A stretch of 64,000 nt of DNA from assembly GCA_964650475.1 (NCBI GenBank), contig CAZYRK010000002.1, positions 12,087 through 76,086 on the forward strand, in the 5' to 3' direction. Numbering within the stretch: the stretch's first letter is position 1; each line of letters begins with the position of its first letter. The notes under the pieces were generated by a model. It was not told where the DNA came from, did no database searches, and saw only the letters and a list, made by a program, of their open reading frames with translations. Made by a program: the position numbers and the translations under genes. This stretch comes from an uncultured Candidatus Saccharibacteria bacterium (GTDB taxonomy: Bacteria > Patescibacteriota > Minisyncoccia > Phycocordibacterales > Phycocordibacteraceae). This document shows, in pieces, positions 63,975 through 64,000 of this stretch.

Positions 63975-64000
63975 CGCGACGATAGCATCGTCTATTTTAT

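Overview
This 64-kb window is gene-dense and mostly minus-strand. It looks like a small-genome bacterium with a Patescibacteria/CPR-like gene set; that placement is an inference from gene content and is not verified. The core is a near-complete S10-spc ribosomal-protein block (rplF to rpsJ), then tuf and fusA, with rpsG-rpsL separated from fusA by an inserted island. Other housekeeping genes are nifS/nifU, nrdDG (class III RNR), a split comEC with rnhA and recJ, pgk, tpiA, a type IV pilus locus (pilB, pilC, pilin-like genes), clpP, nusA, cfa, thyX, rny, hup, rarA, tRNA-Gly(UCC) and mscS. The points most worth a second look are: (1) a 2.1-kb toxin-antitoxin island inside the str operon between rpsG and fusA: a Panacea/DUF4065 antitoxin with a candidate toxin, hicAB bracketed by two direct copies of a 40-bp hairpin, and a 5'-truncated PEBP/YbhB remnant; (2) a second hicBA module flanked by perfect 511-bp direct repeats that duplicate a membrane-protein gene and the 3' end of a secreted alpha/beta-hydrolase gene; (3) a candidate cobalamin riboswitch with a terminator-type expression platform upstream of nrdDG; (4) an adjacent cohesin-like/dockerin-containing pair of secreted proteins next to a ~1725-codon beta-helix surface protein that carries an in-frame TAG and a ~290-bp internal DNA repeat; (5) two clusters of a repeat family built from two 23-bp perfect palindromes (TTGCGGACAC-TAA-GTGTCCGCAA and TTGGGAAGGT-TAG-ACCTTCCCAA), one at the head of the pilin operon and one 9 kb away; (6) a DUF3800 gene with an in-frame TAA, an IS30 transposase C-terminal remnant, and unusually long perfect palindromes (54 bp and 48 bp) in intergenic DNA. 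GC-rich hairpins flanked by A and T runs, which act as bidirectional terminators, punctuate the whole window, including inside the ribosomal operon.
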